From the NCBI RefSeq assembly GCF_006345805.1, contig NC_043007.1:44826001-44890000 (forward strand): a stretch of 64,000 bases of DNA, given 5' to 3'. Source of the stretch: Octopus sinensis. Lineage: Eukaryota. Both the position numbers and the translations under genes were made by a program. The notes under the pieces were generated by a model. It searched no databases, was not told where the DNA came from, and was given only the letters and a program-made list of their open reading frames with translations. Shown here in pieces: positions 40,780-49,751 of the stretch (within the stretch, counting starts at the first letter, position 1; every line of letters starts with the position of its first letter).

Positions 40780-41559
40780 GGAGCTAACCTATTTGAGTCT
40801 GATGAGTCACCTATACTGCTAAGCACTTTATAGGTCACTGTATGAGATTGGCCATAAGTTTTAACTTCCTAAAAAATTATGTTACTGCTCTAATACTTTT
40901 AAGTGAATTTTATTTTGGATATATGAACTACTGATGATATATCATCATCATCGTTTAACGTCTGTTTTCCGCGCTAGCACAGATTGGACGGTTTGACCGG
41001 GGTCTGGGAAGCCAGGGGCTGCACCAGGCTCCAGTCTGATCTGGCAGTGTTTCTACAGCTGGATGCCCTTCCTAACGCCAACCACTCCGCGAGTGTAGTG
41101 GGTGCTTTTTATGTGCCACCGGCACAGGTGCCAGGGGAGTCTGGCATCGGCCACGTTCGGACGGTGCTTTTTATGTGCCACCGGCACAGAAGCCAGTCGA
41201 GGCGACGCTGGTATTAGCCATGTTCGGATAGTGCTTTTTATGTGCCACCGGCACAGACACCAGACGAGGCAGCGCTGGCATCGGCCACGTTCGGATGGTG
41301 CTTTTTATGTGCGGGGGTGGGGGTGTTTATGTCTACATTTGTCTTGGAATATGGTCATTTTAAATGTTCATTGATGTCATACAAGCAATGTATGTTTCCA
41401 GTCTTTCATGAAAAAAGACATGTCTGGCCAAGTAGTAGGGGGAATACTACTTTACTTGGAAACATGGGGTTTAGTGACAGGAAGGACATCTGGCTGTATC
41501 TACCTCAGCAAAGTTCATCTGGTTCATGCAAGCATGCAAAAGTGGTGATAAAAACAATG

Positions 41560-41598
<39 letters not shown>

Positions 41599-43304
41599 AC
41601 ACACAAGCAAGAGACATATTACAAGTAACAATATTAAAGAATCTTGTTTATTTTCTTCTTTTAAACTTTGAAATAGATTTTGGATGATTCTAGAAACTGG
41701 TGGAAACTTAAGAACAGCAAAGGACAAGTTGGACATGCTCCATATACCATTTTAAGTCGACAAGTGCCAATGACCCCAATTGACAATGGAGTGAGTGCCT
41801 TCCATTACTAAATTCTTGCAGACCTGCCTGCTATACCATTTCCAATATTGTTGTCAAATATATTACAATTACTTGTCTTATTATAATTTTTTTTATTATA
41901 TATTTAAGAAAAGTTCCACTTACATATATGTGTGTATATATTATGTGTGTGTGTATGTATATATATATATACACAGAAAAGTATATATATGTATATATAT
42001 ACACTCAAGTATATATATATATATATTAAATTAGAGATAAAACTAATAGTGGTTTTATCTCTAATTTAATATATATATTTATAATATAAAATTAGATTTA
42101 ATCCTAAATCTAATTTTTCCCTGTAAGTTTGGATTTACTTCCTAATATTATTATTATTATTATTATTATTATATTATTATAATATATATATATATATTTA
42201 AGTAGGTGAATGAATTATCCTAGTATTGATAATTCGGTTAATTGATACCTTGGTAGCAAATTCACGTTAGAAAACACGGTTGTAGCTACATGCCAAGGGT
42301 AGAAACCTCGTGTGGTAATTTGTGTATTTTTTAAAATGAATAAATGAAAGAATGGAATCGAACGAAGATTTTAACAAAATTCCTTTACTTTCAACACATG
42401 TTTTGAAGACTGCATATTCTTAATTCCGAAGGAATAAGGGGTGTATTATGCCGTCTTCTCATCAGGAAAGACAAGGAACCTCTATTAGCCTCAAGATGGA
42501 CAAAAACTTTTTTATGGCTTCCTACATGGTGTTCACAGTGATAATGAGTGTTTTTAAAAATCCGTTATAAGCAATGACGTCAAAATTGTTTGGAAGAGGA
42601 AGTTATAAAAATAAGAAGGGGACAGTATGCATGCTGTATGTATGTGGATGCGGGGGTGTTTGCTCTGGTTAATGAGTTTTATTGCTTATGTGTGTGTATG
42701 AGTGTGTGTATATAACTGCATTTATGTCTATGTATGTGTGTGTGTAATTATGTGTGTGTGTAATTATGTGTGTGTTGGGGACAGTTGTCAAATAAATATA
42801 GCAGTAAGGTGAGAAATTTGTGTCTGTGTGTTTGATTGAGCGTATGACAGAGGTAGAGAGGAAGAGATAAACATACGCCAGTGACATTTAGTATTATTGT
42901 TTTATGTAACGGAGTAGGCATAAAAGAGACTTGAAATTAATTACTAAAACAGAGAAGCTATCTATATTATTTATCATTTATATGAATGGAAAGTGTGTTT
43001 TTGCCAGTGCTTACACTTATAGGATTTTTCTATTAATGTGTTAACCAAGGGGAACTTGGCGAAAATGATATATAAGAGCTTGGAATTACAAATTCCGCAA
43101 AATTTCCTGCCCTTATCAAAAGGAAAGGAAAGGATAGGTTCCTTGTCTTTCCTGATGAGAAGACGGCATAATGCACCCTTTATTCCTTCGGAATTAAGAA
43201 TATACAGTCTTCGAAACATGTGTTGAAAGTAAAGGAATTTTGTTAAAATCTTCGTTCGACTCCATTCTTTCATTTATTATATATATATATTATATATATA
43301 TATA

Positions 43305-43340
<36 letters not shown>

Positions 43341-43363
43341 CATATATATATATAAATAAATAC

Positions 43364-43420
<57 letters not shown>

Positions 43421-43686
43421 TACATATATATATTATATATATATATATTATATATATAATATATATATATTATATATATATATATATAAATACATATATT
43501 TATTATATATCTAATTTTATATTTTTATTTCTTGTTTTATTATTTTCTTTGTTTTTCAATCCTTACAGAGGATAGGACTGGCAGAATCAATAGAGCATTA
43601 AACAAGAGATAGTTTATTAGTTCATTGTCTCCTTTTAATATTCTTAAGTAAACTTCTGTGAGGATCACTAAAATATATACCATTCC

Positions 43687-43748
<62 letters not shown>

Positions 43749-46700
43749 TATGAGTCATATAATTAGCTCTACTCAGCATGTCCTAAAATGTTTTTATCAT
43801 ATACCAATATTGAAACTTATTCTACACATCTTAACTCATTTTGTTACCAACCCACTTGAAATTTCCCCTTGTTCTACAATATGAAGTTCCTATTTTGAAG
43901 TGATCTAAACTAAAACCATCCATCAAAATTTCATGCTAATTTATGTTCCAATCACCAGTTTAATAAGGAATCAAATACGTTCTAAATACCAGCTTAATTT
44001 ATTAAATATTTCATTATTATCAAAATTGAAATAAATCTGTATTTTAACAGAAATATGTTAGCAAAAAGGTCGGAGATGATGGAATGTCTGGAACAGGAAA
44101 GATTTGAACTGAATTTTATTTTTCATTTTTGTTACCCTATCTTCTGCACTAGCATTATCCTGCTTTGTGCTGAGTCCATTAATTTTTTGTTTCTTCTTAT
44201 ATTGATGCAATTGAGATGTTCCTCCAATGGCTGCATCCTTGTGTCTGACATTGGAGGCTATCACCGATGACTAAGTCCGGAAGGACTCACTTCCTGTCCA
44301 AGGAAGAGACAGGTGGTGGGGGTGAGATTTGAGCTCAGAATGCAGAGAGCTGGAAGAGATACCGCAAGGCATTTTATATGACGCTCTAACATGATTCTGC
44401 CAATCCACTGTCCTCGACTGGTGATATGTTTTATCAACCCTGAAAGTAATAGAAAGTTAAAGTTGACCCTGGTGGGATTGAACTCAGAGTACAGGAAACC
44501 AGTAAAAATACTGCATAGCATTTTTTCCTCTGCTCTAAATGATTTTTAATTAATTTTTTGCTACCTTAATTATTGAGCTGAATATTTCATAATATTTAAT
44601 TCAGTGATCTATATTGTATGTTTAAATTTAGTTTAAAATTACTTGACCTTTTACCCTCCTATATTTATTAATTTTATTGGATTCAGCCAGAGGCTGTGTG
44701 TCCATACCACCTTTCAAAAAACATGAACAGCCCTAATAATTTATGAGCCTTATTGGTGTCTCATCAGAGATTTTCTTCAACACCATCTTAGTTTGAACAT
44801 GGTTTAGGACTACTTTACCTTTCACCTTTCTAGAGTTTGATAAAATTAATACCAGTCATATTTTTTAAATTGATGCAATCAGCTGAATCCCTGCCCTAGA
44901 AATGCAAGGTCTTAAGATTATGTATGAATTTGTTATTTCCATTTTTTTGTGTTTAATTTTGTTCCTTTTTTTTTTGTCAGCTTTAGAAAATACAAAATAA
45001 AAAAAAAATTATTTTCACTTGTATATTTTTATGTTTATTATTTTTATACATTAGATATAGTATATTTCTTCTTTTATTTATATATATATACACACACAGA
45101 ATTATTAATATATATATATAGTCTTATATAGCTCTGTGACTATATTTATGAATAATCTTATATACCCCAGTGGCTGAGTGGTTTAGAAATTCACTTTGCA
45201 ATCATGACATCCTAAGTTCAATCCCATTATGTGGTATCTTAAGCAAGTGTTTTTTCTATAACCTTGGTTCAGCCAAAGTCTTGTAAGTGAAAGTCCATGG
45301 AAGCATGTCAAGTGGAGTATACCAGTAATTCAATGGGCCAGTCTTTTGGTGCTGTGTTATGCTGATTCTGGCTCACAATTGTGTCAATGGTGCAAATGTG
45401 TATGGAATACTCAGCCACATATAACTGGGAGAGTAGACAGATTCATTGATCAAAGAACATACTCATCATATGTTGAATCAAATGGAAGATATATATTCAT
45501 ATCCCAGAGATTAATTATAATCAATGTTTTGCATAAACATTTAGCAATTAATATCTCTTTTGGTGGTTGTGATTTTTATTTTTATGTATATATATATCAA
45601 TATATATAAGTATAATGATCAGTTTGTGTATGTGATGCTTTGTATATATGTGTACTTATATGCATGTGTTTGCATCTTTATTGGTACATGTGTATATGAA
45701 TGTGTGTGTGTGTATATAAAAGGTTGTTTAGGCTTTGTATGCGAGAGATCTTAATCTGTGTATATAATGTTTACATGTTTATTTGTACTTGTATATGTGT
45801 TGTGTGCAGATGTATGTATGTGTATGCATACACACACATGAAATGTATAAGATTGATGAGGTTTGTTAAGAGGTATGTTGAATTGTGCATAATCAAATAC
45901 ACTTCTATCAACTCACAGACACTTTTATGTTGCACATTTTAGTCTATAGTGATAATGTCTATTTATTTGAAGTTTTAGTTACTGATTTAGCAATTATCAA
46001 ATTTCTTATGCTTCCTCCTGTCAGAGGAAGAAGGGTAGAACTACTGAGCTTATGAAGAACCAATAAAACTGATGCAGAGTAAGAGTGGCAGGAACTTTCT
46101 TTAGGCTGGAGACCTGCTGTGTGTGTCTGTAATGCAATGGACTATGATATAAGTACCCAAGTGGTGCTGCTGAACTTGGTGACAGATTCAATTTTTGTGA
46201 CAACAAAGTTCAATACAGTTTTCCTCTAATAATTTGTCCACTCACAAGGCATTGGTGAGTTTGAGATTTTTGGAAAAATCTCTTGGTCAAAGACGCTGTG
46301 TGCTGGGATCAGACACAGAACCATGTGGTTGCAAAGTGAATTTAAATACAGTCATGCTTGTTAACATTTAGCTATTTTCAAGCTCATAGACTAATAATCT
46401 TTCAAGATTGAATATGTGAATATCAGATGTGTTGTTCATAATATAGCTTTTGTGATTAATTATGACTGTTTTTAGCAAAGAATGAAATATTATTTTAGCT
46501 ACACCATCACAATATTTTAATATCAAACTCATGGAAAAATAGTGTAGATATAAAGTAAATTCTATAATTATTATTAGGGTTCAGCAAAATTTGTTGAGTA
46601 TTGCTGTCTGGGAGATAATCTTATGGCAGTAGAATAGTATTTTAACTGCTATTTCTAAAATTCGGTATGTGGTGAAGCAAATTTTGCTGAACCCAAATTA

Positions 46701-48875
46701 TAATTATGCTCATAATTAAAGAATTTTTGTATAAGTTTACCAGTAATGGTTCTTTTACATACCAAACTACTTGGTAAAATTATTAATTAATTAATTAATT
46801 TTACCCTTTATTATTATTGATTTATATATATAACCATCACTTCAAGAACCATCACTAGCCTCTTTAATATGTCAAGCAATCGAAATATATGGTTTAAAAC
46901 TAAAGGGAACAATCTGGAGTAATGAGAAGATGCCTTTGATAAAGTTATGAATAATGACAAGAAGACGGTTTGACTGAATGATTGAATAGTTAATCAAGTG
47001 ATTGGTTAATTGGTTAACTAGTTTAATAACGATAATGATAATAAGTGAAATATACAAGCAGTGCATGTATATCTTATTGCCAAAAACAACCCTCCCTTAC
47101 AACTTTTACAATGCAAGATTTCACATTAAAAAATCTTGCAACAAAGATGAAATCAAAATCTAAATTATATTTTCTTAAACTGTTATTTTACTGATGCCAT
47201 AATTAATTAGCAAAGTGAAGTTTCTTCATAAACCACAAGAAGTTCATTATGCTAGTGTGTAAATACCAGCACACTTAGGCACAGGTGTAGTAGCTGTGTG
47301 GTTTGAGAAGTTTGCTTCCTAACCATATGGTCTTGGGTTCAGTTCCATTGTGCGGGCACTTTGGACAAGTATCTTCTACTATTGCCCCAAGCTGATCAAA
47401 GCTTTGTGAATGGATTTATATATATGTGTGTGTCTCTCACTCTCTTCTTGTCTTGACATTACATTATAGTTGTAAATTAATGTCACTTTCACACAAGCAT
47501 TGCCATTCATTTCCAATATTTTACAAAAATATGTCAGGCCACATGGAAATATTACTTTGCTGGAAAACAGGTGAAGGTTGGCAACAAGAAGGGCATCTGG
47601 CCACGAAAAAATTTGCCTCATACAAGCATAGAAAAGTGGATGTTAAATTTTCGATGGTGATGATGATTATATAGTAGTGAAAGTGAGACAAAGAGATGTG
47701 AACAAGAAAAGTGGGTGGAGCACAGATTCTAAAAGATATTCAAGCCAAAAGATGGAGAAAATCATAAGTGGCAGTTTCGGAACTAATGAGGTTTGAATTT
47801 CACAGAGACACTAACACAGTATTGAGAAGAGCAGTGATATAATGCATCATTGTCACCTTTACTACAAAGCATGTGCCCTGTTCTACTTGATAGGAAGTTT
47901 GTATCATGTCCAGTCTTGCTCAATGAAATGCTTAAAGTGGATATAAACTTGAATCCAATGAATTCAGTGCACAGTACTTTATACACTTAGTCATATGTAT
48001 GTATGTGTGTGTTTATATACAAATGTATGTATATGGCAAGTAAATAGTAGCACAGATATATATGGGTTTATGTAATGGTAATAGCTATGTATAATATACT
48101 TTGTAAAACATGTGTATACTTCTACATAGATTTGTGTGGTAATAATATGTATATATATATATATGTGTGTGTGTGTGTATGTATGTATTTGTATGTATAT
48201 ATACATACATGGTGCACACACACACACACACATGCATATTCAATCCCACTGTTCTGCACCTTGGGTAAGCATCTTTTACTATAGCAGGTCAACCAATGCT
48301 TTGAGAGTAGATTTGGTGGATGGATAGTGTAAGATCATTATGTATGTGTGTGTATGTGTGTTTGCATCTGCTATAACTTGTTTTAAAATTATAGTGAACA
48401 GTGGTGTTGTCAGTTTGTCTAGTCAGTTTATATCCTTGAAGCTATGTGAAATAAGGAATTCCTTACATGAAACACAGGTAATAGTTAGAGTCAGGAAGAG
48501 CATCCATCTGTAATCCCCACCCCCAAATACCTTCAATTACAATTCACTCAGCCTCAGCAATCATGGAAAAAAAATTGGATGTAAAATGAATAGATGAATG
48601 TGTACATGGTGGGATGGTCATTAGATTGTAGCATCTGCTCTAAGGTAAACTTTTCTTTGAAAGTCTCCTTACATATTGATGTTAACCTTTAGCACATTGC
48701 ATTTTCTGTAGAATTGTTTCCCTTGCCACTGCCCTGTTACTACAGGGGAGAAAACATAATGCATCTCCAGTGTGCTAAAGGTTAAGATGCAAGGACAACC
48801 TTAGATCTGACTTGAGTAAAAGTTCAGAAATAATTGTAATCAGTGGAGCATCTTGGAGAAAAATATTCCTGAAAG

Positions 48876-48950
<75 letters not shown>

Positions 48951-49751
48951 GTGTGCATTGTGTATCTTTTTGTTTAGGTATAATATTACATAAGTGACTC
49001 AAGCTCTGAAAGTTTTGTGCTTTGTAGTTAATAAGTTTGTTAAGCGTGAAGTGCTAAACTTTTAGAGCTTGTGTCACTTATGCAGTTTACTGCTAAATAA
49101 AAATATATATTTACTCATGATTACTGAGTTTCATTTTATATTTTTCTGCCACCAAGCCAATGTATGTGTGTATTGTGTATATAAATGGTTGTGTTTTTAT
49201 GTCAAGTTATATATAAAACAAAACCTAACTTTGAACTGAAGGATTATTCAATACTTTGAGTAGAGTACATGTTTATTAAACTTATACAGGGAAAAAGCTG
49301 ATGATGATTTCAAAGTGTCAGCTTGCTTGCCTCCATCACACTGTCTGCTAAAGACAAGCAAGCTGAACTTGTGAAGTCACTCTCTACATTTTCCTTGATC
49401 AAATTAAATATTTATATGTGTGTGTGTGTGTGATACTACAGCAGGTCTGTGTTGTGTAAAAATAGTAACTTAATCATCAAAATATAAAATGATAAACTAA
49501 GTAATTACACAGGAAGAAGTACTGGATTCATTATGGTTGACCAAAATCCCTTGATACGCTCATATGGCCACAGCTGGATGACTGAAAACTTTAAAGAATA
49601 AAAAAAAAAGCAAAAACACACACAAACAGAGTTTGTTTATAGCTTTAAGAAATAATTCATGCTGTTTTTTTACATCTTGTTTTGCTACTATTTTTCTTTA
49701 TTTCCCTTGATCTTGCAGTATGCATCAAATGAACAACTCAGTTCATTTTGA
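449..49751 (+). CDS. EPS8: EPS8-family adaptor gene (PTB + EPS8 central region + SH3), 15 coding exons in window, 5' end upstream of window
   Basis: Manually spliced exons give one open frame with matching intron phases and GT-AG ends (1574 nt). Motifs [76 protein letters not shown] and KELTVVKGEVLEILDDSRNWWK...GHAPYTIL are recognisable EPS8/Arouser-family signatures. Confidence 0.95.
2490..4560 (-). mobile_element. Decayed RLE-type non-LTR retrotransposon (R4/Dong-like), interrupted by a SINE
   Basis: RT motif HLLYMDDCKL (ORF 3877-4236), KLNGGNIIKVIN...LDRRTRTLLTMH (3056-3298), CCHC knuckle KCRICKKGDESINHLLSEC near 2510-2590; multiple frameshifts. Boundaries approximate. Confidence 0.85.
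3312..3540 (-). mobile_element. tRNA-derived SINE family 1 (many further copies, e.g. ~7310-7445, 10840-11030, 21490-21690, 22560-22970, 57640-58470, 58580-58790)
   Basis: Head AAGGCGGCGAGCTG...GAGTTCAAATT (B-box-like) and core GCCTTTCATCCTTTCGGGG recur throughout the window. Confidence 0.8.
4700..5280. repeat. Interspersed repeat with a ~70-bp internal direct duplication (about 4703-4775 and 4806-4878)
   Basis: AGTGCATGCCATCAAAGTGACA...ATGAAGCCCAGTATACCC occurs twice; adjacent to the 5' side of the R4/Dong relic. Confidence 0.5.
6019..6464 (-). mobile_element. tRNA-derived SINE family 2 with internal (TA)n
   Basis: Head GGAGTGGCTGTGTGGTAAG...GGTTCAGTCCCAC; homologous to the + strand copy at 23897-24298. 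Confidence 0.8.
7041..7168 (+). CDS. EPS8: EPS8 exon b (PTB): ETHNPEAGVAKLSTMANTSGIWTMKCTLAIERNHLIIKEKGTE
   Basis: ttatttacAG acceptor, GTAAGT donor, phase 1 to 0; aligns by eye to EPS8 G(K/I)W motif region. Confidence 0.9.
7500..7760. repeat. Degenerate ~33-bp minisatellite
   Basis: Units such as TCTATGACCAATCTTGTTATTGGTATTGCAATA repeated about 7-8 times with increasing divergence. Confidence 0.7.
8400..9070 (-). mobile_element. 3' fragment of non-LTR retrotransposon (RTE/RTE-X-like)
   Basis: Decayed translation PAEDHLPGSEALWKQ*KTLNYLR ... ICECGQTDHTMEDYFVC...PNPCSSKGL resembles the C-terminal W-x-x-LNRLR / C-x-CG cysteine motif of such LINEs. Confidence 0.55.
9219..9540 (-). mobile_element. 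tRNA-derived SINE family 4 (copies also 17651-17958, 24320-24659, 38582-38899; all minus strand)
   Basis: Four ~320-bp homologous copies with a tRNA-like head GTGAAGG...GTGGTTAGAG...GAGTTCAATTCC at the right end. Confidence 0.85.
9651..9815 (+). CDS. EPS8: EPS8 exon c (PTB): SMLDCFPLPNIYNPF...QPQMHIFLAGSIP
   Basis: AG at 9649-9650, GTAAGT at 9816, 55 codons; FPL and HxF motifs of EPS8 PTB. Confidence 0.92.
11056..11120 (+). CDS. EPS8: EPS8 exon d: AQDIVDEILNAKAGRPPTSRF
   Basis: tttctttacAG acceptor, GTAAGG donor, phase 0 to 2; end of PTB helix. Confidence 0.88.
12218..12434. mobile_element. Mariner-type MITE
   Basis: ~28-bp TIRs (TGAAGGGGTGCTGAAAAGTTCCTGG / CCAGGAACTTTTCAGTACCCCCTTG) flanked by TA. 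Confidence 0.85.
12601..12689 (+). CDS. EPS8: EPS8 exon e (proline-rich): NKLIPPPPTQPAPEPPNFMNAKSSFVPTP
   Basis: tttgttacAG acceptor, GTAATT donor, phase 2 to 1; matches EPS8 IPPPP-x-APxP segment. Confidence 0.9.
14110..14570 (+). mobile_element. Decayed Tc1/mariner fragment
   Basis: Translation VEKRLKAILQAKGGHFE matches the typical Tc1/maT transposase C-terminus; boundaries approximate. Confidence 0.5.
14766..14980. mobile_element. piggyBac-like MITE family (copies also ~50355-50575 and 57347-57565)
   Basis: TTAAC(C/T)CTTTAG...CTAAAG(A/G)GTT termini; three homologous ~215-bp copies. Confidence 0.65.
15068..15135 (+). CDS. EPS8: EPS8 exon f: DRTLSSSLTGPNLLKNENSERDG
   Basis: ttctattatAG acceptor, GTGAGT donor, phase 1 to 0; ends in ERDG like the DRDV|Q junction of EPS8. 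Confidence 0.85.
15521..15951 (+). mobile_element. Non-autonomous Helitron/Helentron-like element
   Basis: Starts ACTAGCAGTATAGCCCG, has a subterminal (CA)n, ends ...CAGCTTTATTTGTATAGAT; architecture resembles Lep1/DINE-type elements. Confidence 0.55.
16880..17420 (+). mobile_element. SINE family 3 with internal ~60-70-bp tandem subrepeats and (GAT)n tail (copies also 25355-25600, 27862-28160, 31848-31980, 35552-36330, 40943-41310, 56200-56415)
   Basis: Shared GGCATTAGGAAGGGCATCCAGCTGTAGAAA...GCATGGA...TTAAATGATGATG 3' end and GGCACGTAAAAAGCACC subrepeats. Confidence 0.8.
18310..18445 (+). CDS. EPS8: EPS8 exon g: [45 protein letters not shown]
   Basis: ttcttcAG acceptor, GTGAGT donor; hallmark LNH-x-x-DDIE-x-F-x-x-x-LQKAAE motif. 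Confidence 0.96.
19028..19234 (+). mobile_element. ~200-bp HHR-bearing element between two (TA)n runs
   Basis: CTGATGA-A-GAG(CTCCT)CTC-GAAAC-ATT at 19105-19131; ends TTTGGATTAAC(TA)n; homologous to 26022-26214. Confidence 0.7.
20107..20195 (+). CDS. EPS8: EPS8 exon h: [30 protein letters not shown]
   Basis: ctcattacAG acceptor, GTAAGG donor, phase 1 to 0; FQKFK-x-x-FNLL motif. Confidence 0.95.
21700..22415 (-). mobile_element. 5'-truncated RLE-type LINE 3' end (R4/Dong-like) with (TAA)n tail
   Basis: ORF 21921-22349 extends upstream to RHDRAAQYIHW and contains RPDII...IDMTVP...KYKDL (PD-(D/E)xK endonuclease); (AAT)n/(AAC)n at 21700-21728. Confidence 0.92.
23488..23726 (+). CDS. EPS8: EPS8 exon i: [23 protein letters not shown]...LWMSFGEGWTTS
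   Basis: ORF 23473-23730; gctgcAG acceptor, GTAATG donor; highly conserved EPS8 central region. Confidence 0.96.
23897..24298 (+). mobile_element. tRNA-derived SINE family 2
   Basis: Same head/body as 6019-6464; partial copies also near 32500, 33030, 39590, 45170, 47290, 51020. Confidence 0.8.
25015..25144 (+). CDS. EPS8: EPS8 exon j: [43 protein letters not shown]
   Basis: ttttatttcAG acceptor, GTATGT donor, phase 2 to 0; PPY-x-P-R-F-x-N-G-W motif. Confidence 0.93.
26022..26214 (-). mobile_element. Second copy of the ~200-bp HHR-bearing element between (TA)n runs
   Basis: Minus strand CCGACAA-A-GAGC(TCC)GCTC-GAAAC-GTC at 26122-26160; same TTTGGATTAAC 3' end. Confidence 0.7.
26626..27511 (-). 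mobile_element. Decayed DD37D (maT-family) Tc1/mariner transposon
   Basis: ORF 26932-27345 with WQQDSAPCH...WPPDSPDCNPLD (37 residues between the 2nd and 3rd D); TA-CAGGGTGCAG left TIR, degenerate right TIR. Confidence 0.88.
28189..29151. repeat. Exact 174-bp direct repeat (28189-28362 and 28978-29151)
   Basis: Identical by eye, including an A13 run; offset 789. Confidence 0.93.
29518..29564 (+). CDS. EPS8: EPS8 exon k (47-nt small exon): MGPNRGPVPHHHEPY
   Basis: Long T-rich tract + taaccAG acceptor, GTAAGT donor; phase 0 to 2 is required to join exons j and l. Confidence 0.82.
30125..30458 (-). mobile_element. RTE-clade LINE 3' fragment with C2H2 zinc-finger motifs
   Basis: ORF 30147-30446: CNVCARPCLSKAGLMSHLRSH plus a second degenerate finger. 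Confidence 0.75.
30540..30603 (-). ncRNA. Type I hammerhead ribozyme, intact core
   Basis: Minus strand GUUGCA-CUGAUGA-GCA...AAUGCA(UAUUC)UGCAUU...UGC-GAAA-UCAC-AG-GUGAUA/UGUAAC. Helix I, II and III all pair; AUA cleavage triplet (cut between 30546 and 30545). Confidence 0.8.
30949..31012 (+). ncRNA. Hammerhead copy with altered core (CCGAUAA)
   Basis: Reverse-complement mate of 30540-30603; core at 30955-30961 differs at positions 4 and 8. Confidence 0.7.
32335..32439 (+). CDS. EPS8: EPS8 exon l: PDKIGPPNQRFNNVPSVPDNSNELFMHGLRERGV
   Basis: acAG acceptor, GTAAGT donor, phase 2 to 2; L-x-x-RG precedes SH3 in invertebrate EPS8. Confidence 0.88.
33185..33615 (+). mobile_element. RTE-clade LINE 3' fragment
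   Basis: Decayed AMLHNSETWAVTAEDMQRLQRNKASML-WMC...LREKLG...; the same family occurs on the minus strand at 36330-36643 and 37440-37757. Confidence 0.8.
35534..37757. repeat. Near-identical 1.11-kb tandem duplication (35534-36643 / 36644-37757) of SINE3 + RTE fragment
   Basis: ORF track repeats with an offset of 1112; the only differences seen are (TA)n length and one extra C near 37451. Confidence 0.95.
38220..38295 (+). CDS. EPS8: EPS8 exon m (SH3 N-half): KCCEATHYREKKNGKELTVVKGEVLE
   Basis: ttcttgcAG acceptor, GTAAGT donor; N-x-KEL(T/S)V-x-KGE-x-LE SH3 motif. Confidence 0.93.
39820..40578 (-). mobile_element. Decayed, truncated mariner (DD34D-type) transposon
   Basis: KQRICIKFCQK (N-terminal HTH) and TLLTVFFDYKGIVYQEYVPPRQTVNKEYY; TIR-like TACATGGTCTGATCAATAAGTATC at 40555-40578. 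Confidence 0.85.
41677..41790 (+). CDS. EPS8: EPS8 exon n (SH3 C-half): ILDDSRNWWKLKNSKGQVGHAPYTILSRQVPMTPIDNG
   Basis: AG at 41675-76, GTGAGT at 41791; WW and G-x-x-P-x-x-I-L SH3 motifs. Confidence 0.95.
42380..42478 (-). ncRNA. Hammerhead copy with catalytic G12A change
   Basis: Inverted mate of 43139-43237; reads GUCUUC-AAAAC instead of GAAAC (position 42404). Confidence 0.8.
43139..43237 (+). ncRNA. Minimal type I hammerhead ribozyme (Penelope-type), intact core, sense to EPS8 intron
   Basis: CUUUC-CUGAUGA-GAAGAC...GUCUUC-GAAAC-AUGU-GUU/GAAAG. Helix I 5+6 bp, helix II 6 bp with long extension, palindromic ACAUGU helix III. Confidence 0.85.
43277..43510. repeat. Long compound (TA)n tract (one of dozens of (TA)n/(CA)n/(TG)n microsatellites in the window)
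   Basis: Directly visible; these tracts generate most of the I/Y- and C/V-rich spurious ORFs. Confidence 0.95.
49719..49751 (+). CDS. EPS8: Putative terminal coding exon: YASNEQLSSF* followed by 3'UTR
   Basis: Strong pyrimidine tract + ttgcAG acceptor; phase 0 gives a TGA after 10 codons. No protein homology supports it, only splice signals. Confidence 0.65.
   Translation, partial: YASNEQLSSF

Noticed and set aside
17020-41330. Regularly spaced GGTGCTTTTTA(C/T)GTGCCACCGGCAC repeats resembling a CRISPR array
   Set aside because: They are internal subrepeats of a eukaryotic SINE family; the spacers are themselves homologous and there are no cas genes.
42974-43273. Minus-strand ORF with PFDKG, reminiscent of a Penelope RT N-terminal motif
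   Set aside because: Only five residues of similarity, overlapping the antisense of the HHR, with no other RT motifs.
46025-46078. Possible alternative/poison exon (tcctcctgtcAG...GTAAGA; RKKGRTTELMKNQ*)
   Set aside because: Splice-like signals only; no homology or expression evidence.
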